A DNA stretch of 64,000 nucleotides from Gammaproteobacteria bacterium. GTDB lineage: Bacteria; Pseudomonadota; Gammaproteobacteria; Arenicellales; Poriferihabitantaceae. A model generated the notes under the pieces. It worked only from the letters and a program-made list of their open reading frames with translations. It had not been told where the DNA came from and searched no databases. A program made the translations under genes and the position numbers. The stretch is from assembly GCA_026709505.1 (NCBI GenBank), contig JAPOSW010000080.1:4811-68810 (forward strand), given 5' to 3'. Shown one piece after another: positions 1-12,577 of this stretch; positions within the stretch are counted from its first letter, which is position 1, and each line of letters opens with the position of its first letter.

Positions 1-877
1 CTGGAACCGGTTCGACCACAGTAATGCCATTGGCATTCATTTCCTCATAGTTCTCGGCAACTCGGCTGGCTAACGCTCCCCAGGCAGCATCGCTGGCAGC
101 TTGTGCTGCAGTCATCAGGGCCGTACGCTGATCTTCTGTGAGGCCGTCCCAGGCATCCTTGTTGACATGAGTCATGTTCAATGACATTGAATAGTTTACT
201 GCCGAGAAATGGGTTAAACCCTGATCCCAGAATTTGGCGTTCGAGCCGCCCTCCGCCGAAGTCAGGACAGCATCAATTCCGCCTGTTGCAAGCTGTGGCA
301 CTACGTCAGCCCAACTCATCTGGATAGCGGCAGCACCAGCACCCTGCAGGGTTGCTGTACCCGAAGCGTCCCATGCGCGGATTTTGAGACCATTGAGAGC
401 TTCGGTGGAATCCACTGCCTTCTTTGCCCAGATACCGGCTGGAGGCCATGGCGATGCATAAAGCAGGACCTGGTTATTTCGGGCGAAAACTTCTTCATAG
501 GCCGGCTTTGCAGTCTCCCAGAGAAGATTGGCTTCTTCCACATTGCCAACAAGAAACGGCAGCGAGGAAAGCAGGAACATTGGCTCAATTCCTGCAACCT
601 GCCCCATTGAGGTGTTCGCAATTGGCAGGGCACCGTCTGCAACGGCATCAAAATGCTCCTTGGACTTATAACCAATTGAGCCACCGAAGTGGCTGGTAAT
701 CTCGATAGACCCGCCTGAGGCCTGAGCCGCAGTGTCGGTGAAGACCTTCTGCGCCTGTCCGTGTATGGACGTATCCTGATATTCATTTGCCATATCCCAT
801 TTCACCGTATCGGCAAATGCAAAACCGGCAACCAAAGCCAGCAAGATAAAAGTTACAGTTTTAATTCTGGTTTTCAT
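1..877 (-). CDS. TRAP transporter substrate-binding protein (DctP family), C-terminal end cut by window edge
   Basis: Missing from the ORF track because it runs off the edge. My minus-strand translation starts at the ATG at 877, with AGGAGG upstream. It reads MKTRIKTVTFILLALVAGFAFADTVKWDMANEY...LNGLKIRAWDASG...: a signal peptide followed by DctP-like sequence. Confidence 0.8.
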   Translation of the reverse strand, partial: MKTRIKTVTFILLALVAGFAFADTVKWDMANEYQDTSIHGQAQKVFTDTAAQASGGSIEITSHFGGSIGYKSKEHFDAVADGALPIANTSMGQVAGIEPMFLLSSLPFLVGNVEEANLLWETAKPAYEEVFARNNQVLLYASPWPPAGIWAKKAVDSTEALNGLKIRAWDASGTATLQGAGAAAIQMSWADVVPQLATGGIDAVLTSAEGGSNAKFWDQGLTHFSAVNYSMSLNMTHVNKDAWDGLTEDQRTALMTAAQAASDAAWGALASRVAENYEEMNANGITVVEPVP

Positions 878-1335
878 AGTTTGACCTCCTTACGAGTATA
901 TTTTCATGAACAGGCCGAAACCAAACCGGGCAAAATTTTCTTGAATGAGCTGCGATCAAGGATAATTTCGGCCTGAAGCTACCAATGCAGTAAAAGCATT
1001 GCAAAAATTATAGCATAGCCGTTTACCTTCTTTTTTGTCTATCCCCGCCCCCTAATCCATAAACAGAAAACATGAGAGTAAACCAAGGCCTTGTGTGGCG
1101 CGATTGCCAAGAGGTCTGCAAAATCACCCGATGAGTGATTCCAGGTCGAGGACTGAAACCCGCAGTGCATATGGCTTTGCACCCAATGCCGAGAAATCTA
1201 TTTGAGGATTAGGGGTACTCTCCTTGAATATCCCTGGCTGTTGACATGGAATGCGAACAGGATTGAAATATTGATCAATGGCCAACAACGCCAGTGCTAC
1301 AATAGTCTTTCACTCAAAATATTGAATATACCAGC

Positions 1336-2697
1336 ATGATTGAAACAGAAACTTACGATCTTCAACAAAAAGACAACCAGTTTATACATCCCTGGGAGGA
1401 ATTACATCAACTGGATCAAAATACCAGAACGGTAATAACAAGCGGGCAAGGGGTTTATATCAAGGACTCGGACGGCAATCAATTGCTGGATGCGCCAGCC
1501 GGAATGTGGTGCGTCAACATCGGCCACCATAGACAGGAAATGGCCGATGCCATCTCAGAGCAAGTCATGAAGTTGACTTATTCAAGTCCCTGGAGCCTGA
1601 CCAATAGCCCAGCAGCCATCCTCGCCCGCAAACTCAGTCAGCTTTCACCCGGGGACCTCAATCATGTGTTCTTTGCTACCTGTGGGTCGACTGCAGTAGA
1701 TTCGGCACTCAGATTTGTAATGTTTCGAAACAGTGCTCTGGGAAAACCCGAAAAGAAACACATCATCTCCCGAAAAAATGCCTATCACGGCAGTACCTAT
1801 CTGTCTGCTTCAGCATCGGGCAAATGGAGCGACAAAATCAATCTGGAATACAAGGATGACACTTTTCATCATATTTCAGATCCCAACCTGCTTAGCAAGC
1901 CCGAGGGAATGAGTGATGCAGAGTACTGCAATCAGCTAGCCACTGAGCTTGAGCAAAAAATTCTTGAAACTGGCGCCGATAACGTTGCAGCGTTCATTGC
2001 TGAGCCGGTTCTTGCTTCAGGGGGTGTCCTTCTCGCTCCGGAAGGATATCACGCTGCGTGTCTTGAAGTTTGCCGAAAGCACGATGTCGTATACATATCG
2101 GACGAGGTAGTCACCGCGTTTGGTCGCCTTGGCCACTTTTTCGCATCCGAAAAAGTGTTCAATATTATTCCGGACATCATCACTTGTGCAAAAGGGATCA
2201 CCTCCGGGTATGTCCCGCTTGGTGCTTTTCTGGTTTCAGATCGGCTGCTTTCAACTTTGGCGGAAAAAAGCCCTGATTCCGTGTTCTCAAATGGATTTAC
2301 TTATTCTGGACATCCGGTCGCATGTGCAGCCGCACTCAAGAACATCGAGATCATGGAGCGAGAAAGTATTCTTGAACACGTCATGGAAATGGAACCTTAT
2401 TTCCAGCAAAAACTGAAGGAGTTGAATGACCTTCCGGCAGTCAGGGATGTTCGAGGCGTGGGTCTGATGGCCTGCATCGAATGTATGGACTACAGCAAGG
2501 ATGGAGAGTTGCTGGCCGACAGTTACGAGCTTGCAAACCGCATCGATCAGAACTGTCAGTCATTAGGGCTACTGGTCCGCCCAATCTACAACATGTGCGT
2601 GATGTCTCCTCCCTTGATCATTAACCGTGATCAGGTCGATGATATGGTTTGCATGCTCCGTCGCGGCATCGAGCTGACCTTGTCCGAGTTGGGTTAA
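1336..2697 (+). CDS. class III (omega-type) pyridoxal-phosphate aminotransferase
   Basis: 453-aa ORF with an N-terminus typical of omega-amino acid:pyruvate / SpuC-like transaminases (HPWEEL...GMWCVNIGH, ...ISDEVVTAFGRLG...TCAKGITSGY). Confidence 0.85.
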   Translation: MIETETYDLQQKDNQFIHPWEELHQLDQNTRTVITSGQGVYIKDSDGNQLLDAPAGMWCVNIGHHRQEMADAISEQVMKLTYSSPWSLTNSPAAILARKLSQLSPGDLNHVFFATCGSTAVDSALRFVMFRNSALGKPEKKHIISRKNAYHGSTYLSASASGKWSDKINLEYKDDTFHHISDPNLLSKPEGMSDAEYCNQLATELEQKILETGADNVAAFIAEPVLASGGVLLAPEGYHAACLEVCRKHDVVYISDEVVTAFGRLGHFFASEKVFNIIPDIITCAKGITSGYVPLGAFLVSDRLLSTLAEKSPDSVFSNGFTYSGHPVACAAALKNIEIMERESILEHVMEMEPYFQQKLKELNDLPAVRDVRGVGLMACIECMDYSKDGELLADSYELANRIDQNCQSLGLLVRPIYNMCVMSPPLIINRDQVDDMVCMLRRGIELTLSELG

Positions 2698-2740
2698 CCC
2701 ATTTACAAGCTCTAGCGCATTTCCCGGCGGTAGCTCCGCA

Positions 2741-2774
2741 AAACCAGGGCGGTTTACGCCCCGGTTTGTGTTTT
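2741..2774. terminator. hairpin plus T-tract downstream of the aminotransferase gene
   Basis: aaaccagggcg-gttta-cgccccggttt (one mismatch) followed by gtgtttt, about 45 nt after the stop codon. Confidence 0.5.
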
Positions 2775-3247
2775 AAGGTAAGCTGTGATAGGCGTCTTGC
2801 CCAACAGCTTCAACTCCCGCATCTGCTTTTCCCGGTGTATGTACTTGCAGATGTACCGCATAGCGAGATCAATGAATTCCTGGTCGCTCAGCTCGAGTTC
2901 GCAATGATCCTAGAACACTAGTTTCGCAGCGTGGAACAGCTCGCAGTCAATCCGCGCTGTTACTGGTTCGGTCACTCAGGTTCGTTATATTCAAGAATTG
3001 CAGGGGCTATATTCTTGATCGCTACAACGGCTGCTGATATATGTAAATTCATATTGACTATTGCCGCACCACCCCCAATCACGACAAGTGGTTAATCTAT
3101 GGACTTTTTCATTTTTGGCACCATCTATTGCTACAATCGGTTTTGAGCATGGAGCCTCTCATTATGTTTTGGAATTACAACCACCGCCATCTTGAGATGC
3201 GATAAAAGTATTTTCAATTCCACAGGCTGTACAACACAACATTCGAC

Positions 3248-3901
3248 ATGTTCATTAATTTTCGATTGATCACTTTGGGGTTCGTTGCATTGGCTGCCGG
3301 GATTTACCTTCAGCTGTTCGGGCTCAATCTGCCGGTACGCTATGTGCAAGAAATTCCGGAAATCGAGAATTTTTTCTGGCCGGACCAAAAAGCCTTGTCG
3401 GAGTTCCAGATGGTCAGCACTGATGGCTTCCCGTTTGGCATTGAGAATCTGGATTCGAAGTGGAATTTCGTGTTTTTTGGATATACCCATTGTCCAGATA
3501 TATGCCCGATCACCATGAACCTTTTGCGAGAATCACGAGATTTGCTAAGGGAACATGACTCGGTTGATACCGACTCCGTCAATTTTCTGTTCGTATCGGT
3601 TGATGGAGAGAGGGACACGCCCGAGCATTTGGGCCGTTATATTCAGTACTATGGCGATAACTTTGTTGCCGCAACCGGCAACAAGGACCAGGTTGATTCG
3701 CTGACTCGGCAGCTTGGGGTTCCCTATTCCATTGATGAGCATGAGCCCGGCGATCAGGATTACCTAGTTGCACACAGCGGTTCGATCTTCCTGATCTCGC
3801 CCGGTTCTACATTGGCATCGATTTACCATCCACCCCATGATAGCGAGAATCTGGTCTCGCGTTTTCTAGAGATACTGGAATTTTATTCAGAAGCATCCTG
3901 A
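3248..3901 (+). CDS. SCO1/SenC family copper chaperone (thioredoxin fold)
   Basis: 217 aa with an N-terminal TM segment and the FGYTHCPDICP CxxxC motif. Confidence 0.85.
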   Translation: MFINFRLITLGFVALAAGIYLQLFGLNLPVRYVQEIPEIENFFWPDQKALSEFQMVSTDGFPFGIENLDSKWNFVFFGYTHCPDICPITMNLLRESRDLLREHDSVDTDSVNFLFVSVDGERDTPEHLGRYIQYYGDNFVAATGNKDQVDSLTRQLGVPYSIDEHEPGDQDYLVAHSGSIFLISPGSTLASIYHPPHDSENLVSRFLEILEFYSEAS

Positions 3902-4363
3902 TCAAGATCTTCTTTTCTCAAAAAACGCCTTGATCATGAGGCTCGATTGATCTGCGAGAATTCCGCTTTGAATGCGGCAGCGATGATTCATGAATGGCGA
4001 GTCGAGAAGGTTGAGTTGACTCCCGGCAGCACCTTGGCATTGGTCGCGCGCTGCGAACACAACTCGTTCTATTCGGGCATTCAATATGGCCCCAGCACAC
4101 ATTATACAGGGTTCCAGCGTTACATATAGGGTCGTTCCAGTCAAGCGGTAATTGCCGAGAGCGGCGGCTGCGGAGCGAATTGCCCGGATTTCAGCATGTG
4201 ATGTGGGATCCTGTGTCTGTATCGGGCAATTAAATCCCTTGCCGATGATCTTGTTATCCATGACTACTACGGCACCGACTGGCACTTCACCAATGGACAG
4301 AGATTCCTGCGCCAGCGAAATTGCCGCCGACATGAATTCTATATCCTGCTTTCTTTGACTCAT
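3902..4363 (-). CDS. tadA: tRNA adenosine(34) deaminase
   Basis: 153 aa with the HAE...PCxMC deaminase zinc motifs (SHAEIRAI, LEPCIMCAGAI). Its stop codon directly abuts the SCO gene stop. Confidence 0.9.
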   Translation of the reverse strand: MSQRKQDIEFMSAAISLAQESLSIGEVPVGAVVVMDNKIIGKGFNCPIQTQDPTSHAEIRAIRSAAAALGNYRLTGTTLYVTLEPCIMCAGAILNARIERVVFAARDQCQGAAGSQLNLLDSPFMNHRCRIQSGILADQSSLMIKAFFEKRRS

Positions 4364-4485
4364 AGCAACTTCATCTGAATTGCTGCCTCACCTCGCCATT
4401 GTCCGATCTTTAATATCATTCAACAGCTGGCCTGTTCCAGCATGTATGGTCGGCACCCCAGGCCTGCCCGATTATGGAAGCAAAT

Positions 4486-4758
4486 CTAATTTTCGAGATC
4501 TCGATAAAAATTCTGGTGCGTTCCAAGAGCTAGCAATGTCAAGGTGATTGTGTGATCCTCATAGGTATAGGCAATCAAGGTCAGTTGTTTCACCATGTTG
4601 AATTTGTAAACTCGGACACCGGAAAGATTTCCAGTTTTGGGCTGCCCGATCTCTGGTTCGCTGATAATGACTGTTACGGCCTTATCCAGATCGGCCTTTT
4701 GGTTGGCATGGAGCTTTTTGGCGGCCTTGATGAAACTGTTCGTTTGCAAGACTTTCAA
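4486..4758 (-). CDS. RelE/ParE-family type II toxin
   Basis: 90 aa. The pattern F.K..KKL...DLDKAV..I...P..G..K.G.L.G..VYKF....LTLIAY...D..ITLL.LG.H.NFY is typical of ParE_toxin-like proteins. It lies 6 nt downstream of a small antitoxin ORF. Confidence 0.75.
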   Translation of the reverse strand: MKVLQTNSFIKAAKKLHANQKADLDKAVTVIISEPEIGQPKTGNLSGVRVYKFNMVKQLTLIAYTYEDHTITLTLLALGTHQNFYRDLEN

Positions 4759-4764
4759 TTTTGA

Positions 4765-4983
4765 TCAGCCAAACTCAAAAGGGGTCAATTCACCATCTGC
4801 GGCTTCCTGTTGAGCGAGAAGAATATCTTTAATGAAGCTATAGGGAAGATCAGGATTTTCTTCGGCGATTTTTCCGATCATTACCCAGTATTCAATTTGT
4901 TTCGGGATCGAACGACGGTAGACAATGCTATATTGGCGCACTTCACTAATCAATTTATCAGAAAGTTTCACAGACATTGGCAT
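4765..4983 (-). CDS. ParD-like antitoxin
   Basis: 72-aa ORF immediately upstream of the toxin (MPMSVKLSDKLISEVRQYS...RSIPKQIEYW..IGKIAEENPDL). This resembles the ParD_like family; assignment is by position and motif. Confidence 0.6.
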   Translation of the reverse strand: MPMSVKLSDKLISEVRQYSIVYRRSIPKQIEYWVMIGKIAEENPDLPYSFIKDILLAQQEAADGELTPFEFG

Positions 4984-6299
4984 TTCTCTGTTCCCTGTAA
5001 GATTTTGATTTTCGTATTTTACATCAAAAAGAGGTCAAATAAGACCTAATACGTCTTTTTGAAGCAAATATAATTTGAGGATGTTGCCATTGCATTCCGT
5101 TGTGATTCGGGCAAATGATGACTGGATTTTCTGCTTCTGGCCTGGGCAGTAAGCGGAAAGATTATAGTCCCTTGCAAGCATCACGCCTACTAACCCAGCA
5201 GAAAGGAATTACGAGAGCAGGTCAAGATTTACACCACCCCTGAAAACCTGGCGCGCTCGGTATTGCGCCAGTTAAAGTTGTGAAATCCAAGCTCTGATAA
5301 TTGGGGCGAATGTGATTAAATCCTTTTTTTCACCGCTACGCGGCAAGGAACATCGCTTAAACCTAATCCGAAACTGTCTATCCTATGCACATAAAATCTG
5401 AAATATCAAAGGTAGGAAATTGCCGCAACGGAATTCACTCGACACTTGTTTGCGAAGAACCTCATGCAACCTTTCGGCAGTGGAACCAATTGAAAATCAA
5501 TCCATTTTCAGGGAGAGAAACCAGTAAAATACCTGCGAGTATAATAACTTCTGTCAAACGATTTTGGAGAAAGCAACGAAACAACTGGCCAGATTCACCC
5601 CCTCCCCTTATAAATTAACAACCCTCCTGTTGCTGGCAGTGCTTGCGGTGCCGAAGGCAACAGTCACCAGCACCGGGCGGGCTAGAAGGCCAGCCGGCTT
5701 GCCTGGAACAGATTGAAGTAGATGCTACGAATACGCCCATTACGGCATTGTCCACAACCAGAGTGACCTACACTGCACCGCAAATAAAATGGAGCTAGGT
5801 GGTCAGACAGCTTGGAAATGGTCAATCACCTACAAATGCTCTTGTTTTTGCCGATTTCATCAACGCTCGAACAAATATCAAGGGTAGGAAGTGAGACTAT
5901 TCTTGAAGCGATAACCAGTGAATCGCCAACCTATGCGGTGGAAGGCAAACCTTAGGTGGTTTAAAAGACTCCTTATTAATATGTAGAAATTTATGCGATT
6001 CCGTCAGTACTGTCTGCCCAGTACTTTGCAAGACGCTGCCTCATGACGGGCGGAACCTACAATGTCAGCAATTCCTTCATACAGGATTCCTATGGCGGCT
6101 CCCGTAGTGGGTGTTTTCAAGCGGGAGACGGATATCACATTCGCAACTGCCTGTGGCAGGGCTCTCTATACCCAAAGGCACAGAAGGACAGAACAAGGCC
6201 AATAACGATGCGGCGCAAGCATGATTGGAATGCCGTTGACGACTGAATGGCAATTGTGCCTGATGAACATGACGGGGCGGCTTCCTGCCCGTCCTTATC

Positions 6300-6584
6300 G
6301 TCACTGGACGCATGTAATGAATCACTGCAAAAAGGTTGATCGCCCAGGAATTCCCTTTTGGCCTGAACATCCGCATGAGGCTCTTGCTCGACTTCTCGAA
6401 AACCCGGGAAAGCTCCTTAAACCCAATCGTTGCTTTGATGCAGTCACGCGACACTGCCTTGCCATTATCGGCATCACCGTCGAGTAGGTATTTGACTCCT
6501 TTCCGCAACAGGACCTTGCAAAACTCCGAGTCCCCTTGGATTTGTAACCTGTATGGTATCTATAAAGCTTTTCGCCAGAGCCAT
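6300..6584 (-). pseudogene. HigA/COG3636-like HTH antitoxin, frameshifted relic
   Basis: ATG at 6584 with GAGGTG upstream gives MALAKSFIDTIQ.... The sense then continues in another frame (..DSEFCKVLLRKGVKYLLDGDADNGKAVSRDCIKATIGFKELSRVFEKSSKSLMRMFRPKGN). After the HTH the frame reads through into junk. Confidence 0.3.
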
Positions 6585-6589
6585 AATTT

Positions 6590-6747
6590 CACCTCTTTTC
6601 GTTTTCGGCGCTTGTCGCCATCCCTGAAACACTCACTCCAGAGAGAATCATCGCGGAACCGGACGAGGTCTTGTGCCTTTTCCTCGAATATGAATGCGGT
6701 TCAATCGTCGGCAGCCAATTCCCACAATGGTGTTTCAAACTCTAACT
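6590..6747 (-). pseudogene. gp49/HigB-like toxin C-terminal remnant with in-frame TGA
   Basis: Reading starts right after the guaA stop: LEFETPLWELAADD*TAFIFEEKAQDLVRF...DGDKRRKRKEV. This only weakly resembles the LWELR...YRI.F...KK core. The N-terminal half is absent. Confidence 0.2.
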
Positions 6748-8307
6748 TCACTCCCACTCGACTGTTGCAGGCGGCTTGCCTGAAATATCATAGGTCACCC
6801 TGCTGATTCCTCGAACCTCATTGATTATCCGGTTGGAGACTCGGTCCAGAAGTTCATAAGGCAAGCGCTTCCAGTTTGCGGTCATGAAATCCATTGTCTC
6901 GACTGCTCGAAGGGCAATTACATACTCATAGGCACGATTGTCGCCAACCACCCCGACAGACTTTATCGGCAAAAACACGGCAAAAGCCTGACTAGTCTCA
7001 TCATATAGGTTATGGTTTCTCAATTCCTCAATGTAAATTGCATCAGCCAGCCTCAGCCGGTCAGCATACTCTTGCTTGACCTCACCCAAAATCCTGACCC
7101 CCAAACCCGGACCGGGGAAAGGATGGCGATTGATGATCACTGCCGGCAACCCCAATTCGCAACCAATCCTTCTGACCTCATCCTTGAACAGCTCTCGCAA
7201 TGGCTCGAGAAGCCTGAGCTTCATCCTCTCGGGCAGACCACCCACATTATGGTGAGACTTGATCACCTTTGATGTTCCGTACTTGCCTGCTGCCGACTCA
7301 ATTACATCGGGATAGATAGTCCCTTGTGCCAGCCAGTTTGCCCCCTCGATTTTTTTAGCTTCTCGCTCAAAAATCTCGATGAACAGGTTTCCGATCAACT
7401 TGCGTTTGGTTTCAGGTTCATGGACTCCTTCAAGCCTTGCAAAAAATTCCTCGGCTGAATTCACTCTCAGAACCTTGATACCCATGTGCTCAGTGAACAC
7501 CTGCATGACTTCATCTCCTTCATTGAGTCTCAAAAGACCCGTGTCAACAAAGATGCAGGTCAACTGATCTCCAATAGCTTCATGGAGCAAGGCAGCGACT
7601 ACAGATGAGTCTACGCCACCTGACAAACCGAGTATGACTCTTTCAGTTCCGACCTGTCTGCGAATCTGCCCGATTTGACTATGGATGATGTTTGCGGCAG
7701 TCCAGTCATTTTCGCATCCGCAGATATCCCGGGCAAAGCGGGAAAGAAGATCCCGTCCCTGAATCGTATGGCTAACTTCCGGGTGGAACTGAACCCCATA
7801 AAAGTGGCGCGTTGAATCGGCAATGATGGCAAATGGACAGCTTGCTGTTTGACCGATCACTCTGAATCCATCCGGCAGGGATTTGACTCGGTCTCCATGA
7901 CTCATCCACACCTCCAGATCGGAATCGGCTGAATCGACCAGGGGACTATCTTCCATCAGTTCTACTCTTGCATATCCATATTCCCGGTCTGGAGCGCTCT
8001 CAACTTCACCCCCCAACTGCGAAACCATGGTTTGCATTCCATAACATATTCCCAATACAGGAACATCCATGGAAAACACGAGCTCCGGACAGCGAATATC
8101 ATGATCTACATAAGCCGAGGCATGACTGCCTGAGAGGATGACGCCTTGATAGCCGGGTTCTTCAATTTGGGCTGGATCGGCATTGTAGGGAAGAATTTCA
8201 CAATAGACCCCAAGCTCGCGTACGGTTCTCGCGATAAGTTGCGTGTACTGGGCACCAAAATCGAGAATCAATAACCCGTTTTTATCGGAATGGGTAGCCT
8301 GCAACAT
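6748..8307 (-). CDS. guaA: GMP synthase (glutamine-hydrolysing)
   Basis: 519 aa containing a GATase domain, the ATP-PPase SGGVDSS motif and a C-terminal dimerisation domain ending in ATVEWE. Confidence 0.97.
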   Translation of the reverse strand: MLQATHSDKNGLLILDFGAQYTQLIARTVRELGVYCEILPYNADPAQIEEPGYQGVILSGSHASAYVDHDIRCPELVFSMDVPVLGICYGMQTMVSQLGGEVESAPDREYGYARVELMEDSPLVDSADSDLEVWMSHGDRVKSLPDGFRVIGQTASCPFAIIADSTRHFYGVQFHPEVSHTIQGRDLLSRFARDICGCENDWTAANIIHSQIGQIRRQVGTERVILGLSGGVDSSVVAALLHEAIGDQLTCIFVDTGLLRLNEGDEVMQVFTEHMGIKVLRVNSAEEFFARLEGVHEPETKRKLIGNLFIEIFEREAKKIEGANWLAQGTIYPDVIESAAGKYGTSKVIKSHHNVGGLPERMKLRLLEPLRELFKDEVRRIGCELGLPAVIINRHPFPGPGLGVRILGEVKQEYADRLRLADAIYIEELRNHNLYDETSQAFAVFLPIKSVGVVGDNRAYEYVIALRAVETMDFMTANWKRLPYELLDRVSNRIINEVRGISRVTYDISGKPPATVEWE

Positions 8308-8422
8308 AGAATCTGAGCTATTTCGAAGATGTCAAACTAGGAGATTACCCAGTCAGCACGCAAATAATGGAAATCATGGTGACCTGCTACTCGGGAATAC
8401 CTAATCCATGAGATACATGTAG

Positions 8423-9889
<1,467 letters not shown>

Positions 9890-10453
9890 TTAATATTACG
9901 AACTCCTGCACTGATTACTTCACGCATTCATATTTGAATTGGTGGATGGCTGATTGTATTGAGAGTCATCAGTCAATTCCACCTCATTTGTCATTCAGTC
10001 AATACTTGAAGGCAACTTGGCTTGCCTATCCGGTAATTGATGGCCGCCGATAGCTCGACTTTTGATATCTTCTATCGAATGGATTGATTCATTGATAATG
10101 AAGTTCCAAGGTTTTGCCGGTTTGTATCCAGCTCGGAAACTTGAATATCACTCGATCAGTCTCTGCTTACCATATCCTTGTGAGCCGGGACCTTCCACAA
10201 AGGAAGAGCTCGCATACACCCCCATGCATCCAGAGTTCATGATACAGGAAATGCGATCGTTTATGCAAATTCTGCATCAAGATTTCGAGACCCGTACAAT
10301 GGCTTTCACATAGGAATGGAAACAATCACTGCAATGCAGGCCATGAAGAAATAGAACCGGGACCACTTGGCTCTGATACAAATGCTTTACCCGGAGTCTG
10401 TAGGCCTCAGGTATACGGCGGGTCTATCAGGGCTCGGGAAAACGCGAAATCAT

Positions 10454-10482
10454 TTGACAACAGAACCAAACGCTCATAGATT
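10454..10482 (+). promoter_or_regulatory. candidate sigma70 promoter for the MttB-family gene
   Basis: TTGACA, 17 nt, TAGATT. This would give a leader of about 190 nt before the ATG at 10680. Confidence 0.3.
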
Positions 10483-10679
10483 TGTCAGCAGGCACTGATG
10501 GAGAAAAATGTTCATGGCAACTGCAATATGGATATCATAAAGCCAGACTATTTGCCGAACAGGATTTAAATGGCATAGAAGCACAAACAACCGGACCCTC
10601 AACCCGACCCACCTGCAAATGCTCACGAACAATTCCAGCATGCCCAGTTTGTCTGTATCGGGCTGAAAAAGAAGGCGTG

Positions 10680-12209
10680 ATGAGACGAGACAACAAATCA
10701 AGGCGTACATCCAGCCGTAACGCACGGCATCAGCCCAGATCAGTCGCCATCATCCCATACATCAAGCGCAACATTCCCTACTATGAATTCCTTGGCGATG
10801 AAGGATTGTCTGATCTTGAAGACCAGGCCGATTGGCTGCTGCAGGAAATCGGCATCGAGTTTCGTGAAAACCCGCATGCCTTGAAATTATGGAAACAGGC
10901 CGGTGCCGACGTGCATGATACGCGTGTGAAAATGCCTCGCGGCATGGCAAGAGAGCTGTGCAAGACGATCCCCGAAAAATTCTTGCAGAATGCACGAAAC
11001 CCATCCAGAACCGTCGAGATTGGCGGCAACAGCCATGTCTTTGCCTGTGTTTATGGACCTCCATTTGTGCAGGATCTGAAGGGTGGACGACGCTACGGCA
11101 ATCTCCATGATCTGGAAAATCTGGTCAAGATAGCCTACTCGCTGCCTTCCATCCACCATACCGGCCTGGTGATCTGCGAACCCTGCGACATTCCAGTATC
11201 CAAGCGCCATCTCGACATGCTGTATCTGCACATGCGCTACAGCGACAAGCCCTTTCTTGGCGCTATAACCGAAAAATCGAGGGCTCAGGACAGTGTTGAC
11301 ATGACCCGGATTCTGTTTGGAGCGGAATTCATGGAAGAACACTGCGTAATCATGGGCAATGTGAATACCAACTCACCTTTGCTGGTCGACAAGGTCGTCA
11401 CAGAAGCAGCAGAGGTATATTGCGGCGCTGGTCAAGCACTGGTCGCTGTACCGTTTATTCTGAGTGGAGCGATGGGGCCTTCTACCACAGCGGCATCCAT
11501 CGCTCAGGCTCTAGCAGAAGGCATGGCCGTTGGTGCCTATACCCAGTTGGTACGCAAGGGCGCCCCCTTCATCCTCGGCAACTTTCTATCGTCGATGAGT
11601 CTGAAAAGCGGAGCCCCGACATTCGGCATGCCCGAACCTGTCATGTCCAATTTTGTTGTCGGACAGCTGGCCCGGCGACTGAATGTCCCCTTTCGTTGCG
11701 GTGGTTCTCTGACCTCATCCAAACTGCCTGATGCTCAGGCTGCCGCCGAAAGTGCCGACTCCATGTTCTCGACAATCCTCGGAGGTGCCAATTTCGTATT
11801 GCATTCGGCAGGATGGCTCGAGGGCGGACTGGTCACCGGATATGAAAAACTGATACAGGATGCTGATCGCCTCGCAGCCTATCAAGTGATGCTCTCGGGC
11901 ATGCCCGTCGATGAAAATACCCTGGCCCGCGATGCCTACCATGAAGTTGAACCCGCCGGACATTTTCTGGCCTCCCAGCATACCTTGAGAAACTACGAAA
12001 CAGCGTTCTTTGAATCCAGCATGTCTGACAATGACAGCTTTGAACAATGGCAGGAGCGTGGATCCCTGGATTCGAGACAGCGTGCTCATGAACGGTGGAA
12101 TGACATTCTGAAGAATTACCAGATCCCTCCCATGGATGAAGGGAAAAACGAGGAACTCCTCGAATTTCTGCGCAAGCGAAAATCGGAATTGCCCGACAAG
12201 TGGTACTAA
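10680..12209 (+). CDS. MttB-superfamily (trimethylamine methyltransferase-like) protein, non-pyrrolysine type
   Basis: The track ORF starts at TTG 10482. I prefer ATG 10680 (AAGAAGG upstream), which gives 509 aa. The sequence is MttB-like throughout (..YGPPFV.DL.GGRRYG.., ..GAPTFGMPEP.., ..HSAGWLEGGL..). There is no in-frame amber codon. Confidence 0.85.
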   Translation: MRRDNKSRRTSSRNARHQPRSVAIIPYIKRNIPYYEFLGDEGLSDLEDQADWLLQEIGIEFRENPHALKLWKQAGADVHDTRVKMPRGMARELCKTIPEKFLQNARNPSRTVEIGGNSHVFACVYGPPFVQDLKGGRRYGNLHDLENLVKIAYSLPSIHHTGLVICEPCDIPVSKRHLDMLYLHMRYSDKPFLGAITEKSRAQDSVDMTRILFGAEFMEEHCVIMGNVNTNSPLLVDKVVTEAAEVYCGAGQALVAVPFILSGAMGPSTTAASIAQALAEGMAVGAYTQLVRKGAPFILGNFLSSMSLKSGAPTFGMPEPVMSNFVVGQLARRLNVPFRCGGSLTSSKLPDAQAAAESADSMFSTILGGANFVLHSAGWLEGGLVTGYEKLIQDADRLAAYQVMLSGMPVDENTLARDAYHEVEPAGHFLASQHTLRNYETAFFESSMSDNDSFEQWQERGSLDSRQRAHERWNDILKNYQIPPMDEGKNEELLEFLRKRKSELPDKWY

Positions 12210-12256
12210 AGCCCACAATATGCCATCCAAGGAATACCCAGCATTTACCGAACACC

Positions 12257-12562
12257 ATGAACGAATCCAAATCCAGACCCGTAGCCGTCCCGACTATCCA
12301 GATCAGGAATGACCGAATGATCGTAACGCGATGGCGTTTCGCACCCGGTGCCGAGACAGGATGGCATAGACATGCCCACGACTACATTGTAGTACCTTTG
12401 ACTTCTGGCCAATTGTTGGCTGAATCTGACGAGGACTCGACAATCTTTGACCTCGACACTGGCATGTCTTATACCCGCAATGCCGGTGTCGAACACAATG
12501 TCATCAATATCAATGATTTTGAATTCGAGTTTGTCGAAATCGAAATCCTGAACCAGGAATAA
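12257..12562 (+). CDS. cupin-domain protein
   Basis: 101 aa from the internal ATG, with cupin_2-like G.H.H...E motifs (GWHRHAHDY...GVEHNV). Confidence 0.6.
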   Translation: MNESKSRPVAVPTIQIRNDRMIVTRWRFAPGAETGWHRHAHDYIVVPLTSGQLLAESDEDSTIFDLDTGMSYTRNAGVEHNVININDFEFEFVEIEILNQE

Positions 12563-12577
12563 GGGCTCAATCAAGCC

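Noticed and set aside
3899-3904. The SCO-family gene and tadA converge with their stop codons directly abutting (zero intergenic bases) and no terminator between them.
   Set aside because: This is real but ordinary for compact genomes and not evidence of anything unusual.
5385-6246. Track ORFs 5385-5618 and 6043-6246, plus a Cys-rich minus-strand fragment (..HSGCGQCRNGRIRS..) around 5690-5800.
   Set aside because: They have no start/SD context, no family resemblance and implausible composition. I kept them only as part of the gene-poor-region finding.
10482-10679. N-terminal 66 codons of the track ORF for the MttB-family gene (TTG start).
   Set aside because: The translation (..CKCSRTIPACPVCLYRAEKEG) is not MttB-like. 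An ATG with a purine-rich SD at 10680 gives the family-typical length. I treat this segment as 5' leader.
10680-12209. Possibility of a pyrrolysine (in-frame UAG) MttB.
   Set aside because: The ORF is uninterrupted and no in-frame TAG is present.
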